Below, one piece after another: positions 50,499-61,423 of a DNA stretch of 64,000 bases. Position numbers and translations under genes: made by a program. The notes beneath the pieces were generated by a model. It was not told the DNA's origin. It did no database searches and saw only the letters and a program-made list of their open reading frames with translations. Numbering within the stretch: the first letter of the stretch is position 1; each line of letters opens with the position of its first letter. The stretch is from Rhodosorus marinus CCMP1338. Its lineage: Eukaryota; Plantae; Rhodophyta. Where the stretch lies: contig JAMWBK010000003.1 of the NCBI GenBank assembly GCA_029953675.1, forward strand, positions 2,480,001-2,544,000. Direction: 5' to 3'.

Positions 50499-51626
50499 CC
50501 ATGAGGAAAACCCCGAAACAAGCAATGAGATGTTCTGGCACATGATTAACGTGGTCTACAATAACCATATTTACGATATAATTATAGTTAATATAGTATA
50601 AATTTCTCGTACAGAGTAAACGTTTTTCGCTAGAAATCGATGTTTCTTTGACCGGGTCCCTGATACGAGAGGGGGGCTGGTTATTAATGACAGATCTTGC
50701 AGGGGTAGACAATGTACACGAAAATAAAAACAATATTTATAAAATATTTATATTTTATAAATAGTTGTTCCGTTGTCACACACAGGGTTACCCCAGAGTA
50801 ACGTGACTTCCCCTCTCCCCCCCCGCCCCACAACCTCAAGGGTTGAGTCTGTTCTACGGGCAAATGGACGATGGGGCACAAAAATTACTGAAATATCCAT
50901 TCCTCTTCAAAAACATTGAATTTTCTTGAAATTCGATTTAACAAGGGGTTAACAAGGAATAGTCATTCCCAAAAGAGGTTCTGCCTTTTTGGGGGAATAA
51001 CTATTCAACATTTTCTTTTTTTTAGAAAATTCCTTTGCTTTTTCATAGTCGAAAATGGATTCTATCGTTTTGCTTTTCCGTAGACGAAAATGGATTCCAT
51101 TGAGAAGGAAGGAGGGGGGGGGGGACGGTGAACGAAATAGAGTTGAAATCATGCAATATCAAAAAAACTTATAAATAAACATATTCCTCGTTCTGTGATG
51201 AGATTCGGAGATTCCGTTGCTAATGAACATGAAAAACAGGGCATACATTTCCGAACATACGATTTTTGGGGGTTTGGGAGAAAGGCGGGGGGGGGGAAGG
51301 GAGCGAGAGTGAAATTAATGATGACGGTGAGATGATCTGATATGTGGATGGATGATGTCCAACCTCATCATTCCAAGCGCAGATCCCTTCAAGGTCTTGA
51401 GCGAGTCCGAATCGTCTAGGTTTGATTATTGAAGGTCTTAGAGAAAGCTGAATCATCCGTCCAGATTAAGAACAATCTCACCACTCCTTCACGTGGACTC
51501 AGATATTCATTCCATCCTGGATGGATGTGTACTTGTGTCCACAGCGGGAAGGTGGGGGAGAGGGGAGGCCCACGTTAATCATGTGCCAGAACATCTCATC
51601 GCTTGTTTTGGGGGTTTTCCTCATGG
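50499..51626. mobile_element. Putative MITE or non-autonomous DNA transposon, about 1.13 kb, with about 56-bp inverted repeats
   Basis: 50499-50554 is the reverse complement of 51570-51626 apart from about 3 differences. The interior is AT-rich and non-coding. No target-site duplication was identified. Confidence 0.6.
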
Positions 51627-52438
51627 CGGGGTGATCCTGTTTTGTTTGTTTTCCCTGGCGATTGAGTTCAGGGAACTGTGATTTGATTTCGACAACAAAC
51701 GAAAAAGAAAGACGAAGGGGGGGATATCGCCTTTGATTTGCGGGGGCAAGGTCCGCTCGTCGGTCGGGGATGCAAATTGGATGATGAGCATGTCTCTTAG
51801 GAACTCCTGTTGAGGAGGGGGTTCGAACGCTGAGTCTGTGGCCGTGGTTGCAGCAGGGAAATGGATTCATGGGTTGAGCCGCCGTCTACTTGCTGATCGG
51901 CAGTGTTGTGTGCGAGGAAAAGGGGGGGTTTTAGCATTCGTCCGGTTTATGAATGTCAACGAACCCAGCTTCAAAGCGTGTAGACAGGTTAAATATTAGC
52001 TCCGGGGCGTCAATGTCCATAAAATTGGAAGGCGCTTGGGGCTGGCCTTCTTTGATCAACACATCTAGATTATGTTGCCCAGTAGCTTTAGATCCATGCC
52101 CCATTCCGCTTCGAAGAGTGAAGCCGTTGTAGGAAAAGCCGATGTTCTTCGTTTCTTGGTTACTCTTCCATGATCTGCATAGAAGAATAGATATGCGGCC
52201 ACGTAAATCAATTTTGTACAGTACCGCACTCCTGCAGCTCAAGTTTGCCCTCATCGATCCTTTCATATAGCTCGTTGGAGCCACAGACTTTCCTACTCTT
52301 CAGAGCGCCCTTGCCCTCAGCCAGACACTACATCGCCATAGAACACGACGGAAAGTCTCAAGCTGGTGCCCCTGTCAAAATCTTTTCGCTTTCTGATCAA
52401 AGCCTTCTCGCCGATCAACTGAAGGGCGACGGGCAAGC

Positions 52439-53770
52439 CTAGCTGCTTGACACCCTGTCCAAATCCGCTTTATGCTTTTCGAGCAAGGTCTTCGCCTCGT
52501 CGAGCTTCGCTTGCAGCCTCCGCTTCATGATTGGATTACTCTGCTTTCCAACCTGTTCTTCGGCTTCACGGACAACCTTCTCTTGGTTCTTCACCGATAC
52601 TTGCAAGTTGACGATTTCCATTTGCTTTTGAGCTTTAGCGAGGGACGCCTCGTTCTCCTCTGCTTGAGCTTGAGCTTGCGCTGCTTCAACAGAAGGCTTA
52701 GATTCAGCCGGTTCCGGAGGGGAAGGAGCTGCTTTGGCAGGAGCTGGTTCCGCAGCAGGTCGCTGCAGTTCTGCTGCAGCGACTGGCTCCGTCAAAGCTG
52801 GCTGAGAAGGTGCCACCCTTGGACGCGATGGCGGCGGATTCTCCTTCCCGTCAGCACTGGAAGACGTGGCAGAAGCTTGCGCCGTTGACCCGAGCCGAGG
52901 CTCCTGCTTTGCTGGACCCAATGCAGGCATGGAGCTCATGGGCGCAGATTTCACTGGTTTCGCCTCCTTTTTCGGTTTCTGTGAGGCAGGCTTTTCGGCA
53001 GGAGCCTTCTCCGGAGTCAACTTCGGCTCTTTCTTCATCGGTTCTTTCTTCAACGTTTCATTCGGAGTGGGCTCAGGTTCGACCTCCTCAATTTCAACTT
53101 CTTCTGTGTGCTCGGGGACTGGCGGTGCCTCCTCAGCCTGAGAGGATGTTTATCAAGTGTCAGAAGTCCGATCATTAACAATTTTGTAAAACTCCTTCTC
53201 TGCGCATACCTTTTGAACAAATGCGATTTTCTTATCGAGGACAATCTTCAGCTGGTGCTCAACGCTCGTTACTTGCTCCTGGTTGTACGTTGGGATCAGA
53301 GGAGCGAAGCGGTGACCGGCTCCCTTCGATGCCTTCGTGAGCCCATCCTTTAGCAGCGTATGGGTAGGATGGTCATCTTCAGGATTTCGAACTAAAAGCA
53401 CCTGGAAAGAAAGCGCGGAATTCTTTCAACATGTCTGCTCGCAAACCCGCATCTAAGACTCTGCTTAGACAAGTGATTGTCAACAGCGATGCGCCCTACA
53501 TACCTGGTGAACATCCCCGCTTTTGAAGAAAGTCTTCTTATCGGCCGTCTTTTGAGTTTCGCAAATGCTTGGTAAATCCACAAGCGTCGCCGGATACTCC
53601 ACCCCATCAGAAGCGAACACAGCTTCTCGCTCACTCAGCCACTTGATAGAAAAACTCGGGACCGACTCTCCACGATTGGCGGCTTTCTCCTTCGCTTTCG
53701 AGCCTGCTGCAAACTGCAGTTTCTCCGCTAACTTAGGCGGCAAACGAAGGATAAACTGAGCCTCATTCAT
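52439..53770 (-). CDS. TAF7: TFIID subunit 7, about 385 aa; exons 53770-53504, 53401-53210, 53137-52439
   Basis: EAQFILRLPP..YPATLVDLPSICETQKTADKKTFFKSGDVHQVLLV (TAFII55_N domain), DGLT, and a C-terminal coiled coil with NPIMKRRL. Both introns are GTATG-AG and in phase. Confidence 0.93.
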
Positions 53771-55465
53771 CTTCACCCCGAATCCCGATACCACAGAACT
53801 AAGCAAAGCCTTTGCATTGGATAGATAGATGCAGACAAGAGCTTGGACGCATAGCAACACTTCGACGGAAAGGAGCTCCGTGCAACAAGCCCCGTCGTTG
53901 TCGTCCCCTACTCCGTAAATGAGCATCAGTCTCATCCGGGCCAACTATGGCAGCAGCCGCCATGTGCTGGCTTATGGTCGGTGTAGCTTAAACCTCAACG
54001 ACTACGGTGAAAAGTGTGCGAGGACAAGGAAGGCACACGCGTGTTGCGCAGACTGAAGAGGACTACACTGCCTTGGCTGGCAGTTCGTTTTGTTGGCTTT
54101 GATATGGGAGCTGCGTAATTGCCCTTTCCGCGGCTTGGCTTTTTCGGGGTTGTGCTAGGTGGTGGAGTGGAATTGCATATTATGCTATCTACGTCGGGAA
54201 CTCTTTCATGCGGGAAACTGCAAAGCTTCATTGATGTTGGCGTGGATTTGCTCGCCGGACTCGGGTGGGAGACGACCACGAACGCACATCTGGTTGACGT
54301 TGCTTCGCGTCCTATCTATATTGACTGGTTTGACTTCTATGATCAAATCGGCTCCGTACAGCGGAGCCTCTCTTGCTGTGATGCCAATCGCCCCAACGGT
54401 GCCCTGAACACGTGATCCACCGAAACTACAAGCGCTCCCAAAGCTCGGAGGGTCCATGGTGCCAAACACCATGTAATTCAATACAGACGACGACCAATCT
54501 ACCAGCGCCCAAGCATTCTCAGATCAAGCCAGAAAACTTCCACCCTCATCCAAACTCAATCAAAAACATCCATGCAAAAAATAAAAAATACTATATATAC
54601 ATCCACCTCCGAGCCCACCACAAGATGGGAGCATTGAAACCAACTCCACAGAAAACATCCATGCCATGTACTGGAAAATAAAATAACTAACATAACTCAC
54701 AATCTCACTCTTTTGTTTTCCCCCCCACCTCACAGATCTCCTCTCTCCCTCCTCCCGCCGGACTCACCACCGGCACACATAGACGGAAATCCTACAGCAC
54801 ACCCCCAAAAAACCAAGTCCAATTATTTACCAAAACAAAAACAAAAAGACAGCCTGCGGAAACCTACCAAGAAAAAACAAATAATTTCATCCCCTGTACA
54901 TCTCCATTAATATAGACAGCCTGTCGGAGGGAATTTTCGTTGAAAAATTGAATTTTGTTTCACGGTTAACAAATCTTCTGGACAGACTGTCATTTTGTAC
55001 ATGTAAAATATTGAAAGTATTTTGATGGATTTGGGATACATGGCGTGGATAAGGTGGTCAATGTAGAAATATACAAAACCAAAAACTTTATGGCGAAGAG
55101 GATAGGAATTTGGTCCTTGTGACTAACTGAAGATAGTGTGACGCCTTGAGTGGAAAAGGGGGAGCTGTTTTTGGCTGAATTTGAGGTTTGGTTTCAGGAA
55201 AGGTATGATTTCAATGGTTTACCTGGTTGGGTGCATAGGTTTGACCTCTTGTTTTGTGGGTACTTTGGTTGGCGGTTGGTGGTGACGGTTGTTTTGGAGC
55301 GGGGGGGGAAGAGTCCCTGTGACGTGAAGGGAGATGCGAGCGAGGTTTGTGGGTTGAACAGCTGGGGTTTGGTTTTTTTTGTTTGTTTTTTGTGTATTTT
55401 TCAGCCCGGCGAGGTTTTTTCTGTATTTTGTGTGTGTGTGTTTGTCAAAGCTGGAAGCCGTGGGC

Positions 55466-57759
55466 ATGGAGGAGGGCGGAGAAGCTCTGAGCGGTACTGA
55501 GCTTGTTCAGGTGATTTCTCATGATGGAGAGTTTCGGAAGGCAGAGCTGGAGAGGCTGCTGGGGAGCAGGGCGATGCTGTTGAATGGAGATACAGAGTAC
55601 AATGTTGTGTCTATTGTTGGTCCTCAAAGTAGTGGCAAGTCTACTGTTTTGAATGAAGGATTTGCTACGAATTTTGTCACTATGGACGCTACGGAAGGGA
55701 GGTGGGTTAAGCCAAAAGATCGAGCTGCTTCGTGGAATCCAGGCATGAATGTGGAGTGCTCATGATTCGGAATTTGAAACTGAATAGTGCGGGTTTTTCG
55801 CTCAGTCCAGATATCAGGTATGGTAGGCGCGAAAGACGCCTCGCAAGCCTCGGCGAAGACAAGTGTCGAATCGACAGAAATAGCAGCAAGATTCGTGGCC
55901 TCTTACTAAACTTTTTCTTCCGGTTGTGTTGCTGAAATGTCGTCCTTTTTCAACTTTCACAGGTCACTCAAGGCGTTTGGTCATCTGTAGTCAATGTTGA
56001 TGATAGAAAGCTGATGTTGTTCGACGTTGAAGGCTGCGATAGCTCGGAAAGAGGAGTGGAAGGATTTGTCGTTGAAAAAAAGCTTGCATTGTTCGCACTT
56101 GTTCTCTCGGATGTACTTATCATTAATTTGTGGAGTAACGACGTCGGCCGACGCACTGCATCGAACATGACGCTGCTTCGCAGCATTGTCCAGTTGCAGT
56201 ATGAACTGTTTGATTCGGACCAGGAGTTTCGAAAGCACCCGGTGAGAATCCTGTTCCTGCTGCGTGACTACGACGGACAAACACCTCAGCGCAAAGTTGA
56301 AGAGAGCTTGCAGGCTCAGCTTGTACATGTGTTTGACGGGGTTGCGAAAGAATCGTTGGATACGGACACCCGAAACGGACACGCTACAAGTCTGAGCGAC
56401 CTTGTTGAGCCGGGATTCGTTTACCTCCCACACAAAACTTTTTGCCCGGCAGAGTTCACGGCAACGGCAAGAAACCTGCGGAACTTCCTGCCGCTTCCTG
56501 ATTTCTACAGCAGGGGGATTTCCTCGAGGGACCTACCATACTTTGCGAGCGGCATCTGGAATACGATTAGGACGGATGAGAAGTTGAACCTCCCCAGCCA
56601 GAGGGAGCAGCTAGCGGTGTACAGGTGCGGACGGGCCGCGGATAACATCCGCGCTGATGGCCTTGAGGCGCTATCGAGCCTCTCGTCCGAGTTTGCTAGA
56701 GGAGAATTCAAGAACCCTTCGGTGTTCGATGCTGTTTCTGGCCTCGTGGATGAAGCTGTCTTGGAGTTCAGCTCGGAGCTCTACGGCTACGACGACGATG
56801 TTGTGGAGAACAAGGCAGGGGAATTGCTGTCCGAGCTCAGAGCCGCAGGTGCGCAGACGTTCAGAATAGGAGTAAACGAGGCGAAGACGGCGTCCTTGAG
56901 TAAGTTAAATGTAAACCTGACCAACCGGACAAGGTTGGTTGACGCCTGGCAGAATTTTGCCAGGGATGCGTCGGATATTCGAACTGAGGAAAGCAACAAA
57001 TTGCGAGCGTCAGTATCACTTGCGGGGTGCGGGACGTACGCTTCATGGCAATGCATCCTTGACGAGGAACTAGACAGGTACGATGACGAGGCTGACGTAG
57101 CCCTTGTCGTTGCTCGAGAACGAATACTCAGATCCGCCAAGGCGTACTTGGAAAAGAGGATGTTGAGTTCCGTCGAGCCTCCTCTTGAAGCGCTCATTAA
57201 CGCCGGGGAACTTGATTTATGGGAGAATGCAACAGATCTATGCAGAAGAGAGTGGGAAGTTGTTGGACCTCTTGTTGAGGACGCGCTTGTTAATATTGGC
57301 ATTGAGGAGGTCGACGACCAATTGCGCCTTATACGTGAACGGTTGAGGCTCGCGATAATTGAAAGGATCCGGTCGATGATTGGTTCAAGTGGCGTGTTCT
57401 TCCACAGGCTCATTGTCACCCTGAGGGAAGATTTACCAGAAAACTGGGCCACCAAGTCCAACTACGCAGTAATTGTAGCAGACGCTCGTACTAGAGCATT
57501 TGAGAAGCTCCTGCTGTTCGCCGTTGTCCGAATCGGAAACTTGGACGGTGGCATCCAGGCACCTGTTGAACACTTCACGGAATCCGAGCGTGAGGATCTT
57601 CTGCACGACCTTGAACGAGTAGAAACCGGACTCATTCGAAACGCCCGAGCGGAGCAGTACCAACGCAACGTACGGATCACCGAAGTCGTCGTCTCGACCG
57701 TGACCGTTCTCGGCATGGCCGTCGCCACCGCTGCCTTGGGATCCAGCCGCAGAGCTTGA
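55466..57759 (+). CDS. SEY1: Sey1/RHD3-type atlastin-like GTPase, about 679 aa; exons 55466-55701, 55811-55817 (micro-exon), 55963-57759
   Basis: G1 GPQSSGKS; G2 region GRYQVTQGVW; G3 DVEG; VLIINLW..DVGR; FLLRD; NLPSQREQLAVYRC; C-terminal hydrophobic helix. Confidence 0.9.
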
Positions 57760-57984
57760 TAAGAAAATTACCGCACTTTGAATGCACACCCTTACGTTAA
57801 AAATGAAAATGGAGGAAAAATTTCCTAGGTGATGACCCACGTGAGCGGTTGGTGGTGTGATCTTGCGACCAGCTCCACAGGCAAGCAGGCTCTGAATAGG
57901 CTGACACCTCCCAATTACGCTAGATGAAAGATCAATCAATCACTAAGTCAGTCAACACGCGCCAGAAAATCTCGCGCAAAAGTA

Positions 57985-57996
57985 ATTCCCGCGAAA
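57985..57996. promoter_or_regulatory. Overlapping E2F-type sites on both strands upstream of the DEL gene
   Basis: ATTCCCGC (57985-57992, +) and TTTCGCGG (57989-57996, -) both fit WTTSSCSS. Confidence 0.4.
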
Positions 57997-58725
57997 TCCA
58001 CACAATAATAGCTTCTACCCCCCGGTCTCTTTTCCCTCAGCGACACAATATTGTTCAATACATAATAAAAATAAAAGGGGTGCAAAAAATTGACGTCTTG
58101 TTACCTCCCCTAAACTATTCAGTGCGGGATAGGGGAAAGACCAAATGCGGCGGAAAGAATGTGGAGCCAAGAAACCACAAGGACATTTTTTTGTTCATAA
58201 GGGAAAGTATAGATATTTTTAAGGGGTGGGTTTTCTTGCACAGGTCCATCAGATTCTTCTTTTTTCTTAGTCTTTGGGGAATATCCGGAGAAAAGTTTTA
58301 CGGGGGGGGAAGATCAAACGAGTGAAACGGGGATTTTGTTGCTTGGGCAGCAAATGTTGAAAAATGGATTTCCGTGATTGTTTTTAGGGGAATTTGGGTA
58401 AAACCCGGGTTTTTACTTGCGGGTTGCGGTGGTTGGTGAGGAGGTTCGTAGAGAGTGCGGGTGAAGACCCACTTAACTATTTGGCAGACAGGATCTTTGT
58501 TCCCCTTTGTTTGTTTCTTGGCGCGAGTGGACCAAGGAGGAAAATTTTTTTCTTTTTCCGTCGGTTGTGTTTGAGTTGGGTCTGTATATATAGGGGAATG
58601 TAAGTTGGTATCCCGTATCGATTGAGGGTTGTGTCAGTGTTGATATCGTTCGCAAAAGGACAAAACCAGCGTCTTTTTCTGCTCCTTTTTTTGGTTGGTT
58701 TTAGGCTCTCTTTGTTTTTGGAAGG

Positions 58726-61080
58726 ATGGCATGTGATGCCGGTGTAGGGGGTGAGCTTCGGACTGGGATACCCCAAGCCGATGGCGCACCGAGCGAGAAT
58801 CCGATGACAGCGTCTATCTCTCAGAGAGGGACAAAAGGGAAGGGCCGAAATGCAGCTTATGATAGGAAGGTCAAGTCCTTGAGCATGTTCAGCCAAAGGT
58901 GAGGCAATTCCCCACTTGCTGGTTTCGCTTGCGTGTTCACTGGCCTGAAAGTTTCTGAACGCTATGTCAAGGTTCGTGGAGGCTTATGGGAACTGCATCG
59001 GATCTGAAATTGCGCTAGATGAAGCGGCATGGAAGCTAGGCGTGGAACGCAGAAGGTTATACGATATTGTTAATGTTTTTGAGTCAATAGGAGTCATGGT
59101 TCGAAAAGCGAAGAGCACATATGTGTGGTTCGGTAAAGCGAAGCTTGAAGCTGTTCTGGGCGTTGTAGGATCTACGCCGTTGGAGGATGATTGCCTCTTT
59201 CTAGAGCTGGTTTTCCAAGTGCGCGAATACAAGCAGCTAGAAAATGAGCTTGTATGACCTACGACTTCTCCCGAACTGACCTTGCGTATCTCCCCGACGC
59301 GTTCAAACAGGCTATATGCTCATGCCCCGAGGAATTATCTTCTCAGAAGATATCCCCGTCAGAACCAAGTACTGGAATGGCGAAGGAGGACGAAGACAAT
59401 CAGAGAATTAGGCAAGCCATCTCGAGCCTGAGATCATGTACAACAGATCCACGGCGAGGAAACTCTCTGGCTATCCTTTCAGCGAGATTCGTGCAGCTGC
59501 TCATGCGAGCTCAAGATTCAGTAGCATCGTTCGCGGAGGTAATGCACGCAGACCTTCCGTAAGGAGGAGCTCCGCAAGTTCTGAGGAGATCCTCTTCCCT
59601 TCCCTGCAGGCATCGGAGGAGTTAATAGGAACTAACCCGTACGACGAGAAGCAAGCCGGAAGAATGAAATCGAAGGCAAGTGAGGGGCGATCATGAAACG
59701 CTGATCAACAATCCTCGATCTGACAATCTGATGTGTACACGCCTTCTTGCTGTTTAAAGATACGTCGGTTGTATGATATTGCAAATATTTTGTGCTCTCT
59801 TGAGCTCCTGAAGAAGACTCATACGGCAGACGGGAAGCCCGCATTCAAATGGCTTGGGCCACGCTCAAATGCTAGCAAATCGTGTGAGACCTTGCCGAAC
59901 GCGCAGATAAAGAGCAAGCAGAAAAGGCAGCGGTCGAGTTCGCACCCCCCCACTCCGACAAGCGATGTTAAGAAAAGCAGACTCAGCAGTCCATCCGCAG
60001 AGAACTATTTTAGCACGGAATCGGACACCTCCAATGGGGTAAGTGATACAGCCACTTGAAAGTAGCCCAAAACTCGAGCTAAGCATGCGTTTCCGCTTTT
60101 CTTCTTCCCCAGGATTCACTGGGACCGGAGGACACGTTGAGCATGCAGGACTCACCTGTCTCAGACACATCCATGGGAAAAGAGAAGTCCATGGCTTCAA
60201 ACATCTCACCCACGCAGGCTCAGACTTCTTCCAAACAATCACAATATGAGAAGCAGCCGTCCAAGAATTTGCCTTCAGAACCTCAAGAATGGTACGTAGC
60301 GAAAGGAGGACGTTCGTTGTGTTACAATGGGGATGTTCCGGCACTAATTTGAGGGCTGTTTGTCAATTTCCTGTAGGCTCAAACACTTGCAGAGAACGTG
60401 GAGCTCTATTCTGACAATGTCAACCGAAGAGGGGGGAGAAGATGCTCTCGGGCTTGGCACGCCGCAAGGTTTCCAGAAGTTTCAAGGCACTCTGGCGTCT
60501 CTCATGCAAAGCCAAGCCTCGTAAGTTGATACGCACATCAACCATATTAAGTCAGCAAAAACCTTATTTCTGTTTGTGAACCCTTCTCTACGCAGTGGCA
60601 ATCCTCACTACACCTTCCCTCGTCCACCCATGATTCCGATGCCCATGGGAGGGTGCTCTCCTGGGAACACCTTTCCGCACCAGATCGGAGCAAGCACTCC
60701 CTCGTCACATGGAGCATCCTATGCTGACGGTAGCCCGGTTCCATTTTTTGCACCTGGGGGGGAGGCAGGCCATATCTACCCGGGAGGACCAGCACCACCT
60801 AACGCCCAAGGCGCTTCGGTACCACCCATGTTGTTTCCTTTTCTGCTTCCCATCCCGGTACCGGTTCCTTGCCCCTCAGACCACCACCAGGGGCAAGGAG
60901 CAAGCAACATGAACAAGACGGTAAGTGCTTCACCAGGGCCTAATCTCCTACACCATAAGCTCCGTTCTCGTTTCTCACCAATTCGGTGTTGTTTTTCCTT
61001 CCGAGTAGACTGAGCCTCTATCTGCATCAGAATACAATGCCGCTGTAACTGTAGCCTCGATGGCCACAAACGTGAAATAA
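58726..61080 (+). CDS. Atypical E2F (DEL / E2F7-8 type) with two DNA-binding domains, about 581 aa; exons 58726-58898, 58972-59251, 59311-59538, 59610-59675, 59760-60038, 60113-60291, 60377-60520, 60596-60920, 61009-61080
   Basis: DBD1 [34 protein letters not shown]; DBD2 [40 protein letters not shown]. The nine-exon model totals 1746 nt in frame; intron 4 is GC-AG. Confidence 0.92.
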
Positions 61081-61423
61081 CCAGTCCGCACGGAAGCGCA
61101 TCTAACTACTGACTTCGCGTAGAGGTGATTCTGAGGGGATTCTGTACGTGGCTTCTAGGAGTACATCCCCAACTCGAAAGCCACTCACATCTTACGTTCG
61201 GCTGCGTTTTCCCGAGGAGGATCCGGTTAGGAAGGGCCACCGGCCATCAATTTATCTGAGATGTAAATGTACAATGTTAACTTTCGATTTGAATGCTTGC
61301 TCTTTTAGATAGTCGGCTGGGGGGGTTGCCTTATTCCATACTTTTCCAGTTCTTGGAGTCTTGGGAGAGTTAGTTGACGCAGCTTAGTGTGACTCCTAAG
61401 GAAGAAATTTTGAGGCCTTAGCG

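Noticed and set aside
52310-52436. GLPVALQLIG peptide resembling the C-terminus of amidases
   Set aside because: It abuts the TAF7 stop codon, there is no amidase signature upstream, and the frame closes soon after.
56787-57461. Long antisense ORFs over Sey1 (and similar ones over the zinc-finger, TAF7 and kinase genes)
   Set aside because: These are shadow ORFs opposite well-supported coding sequence.
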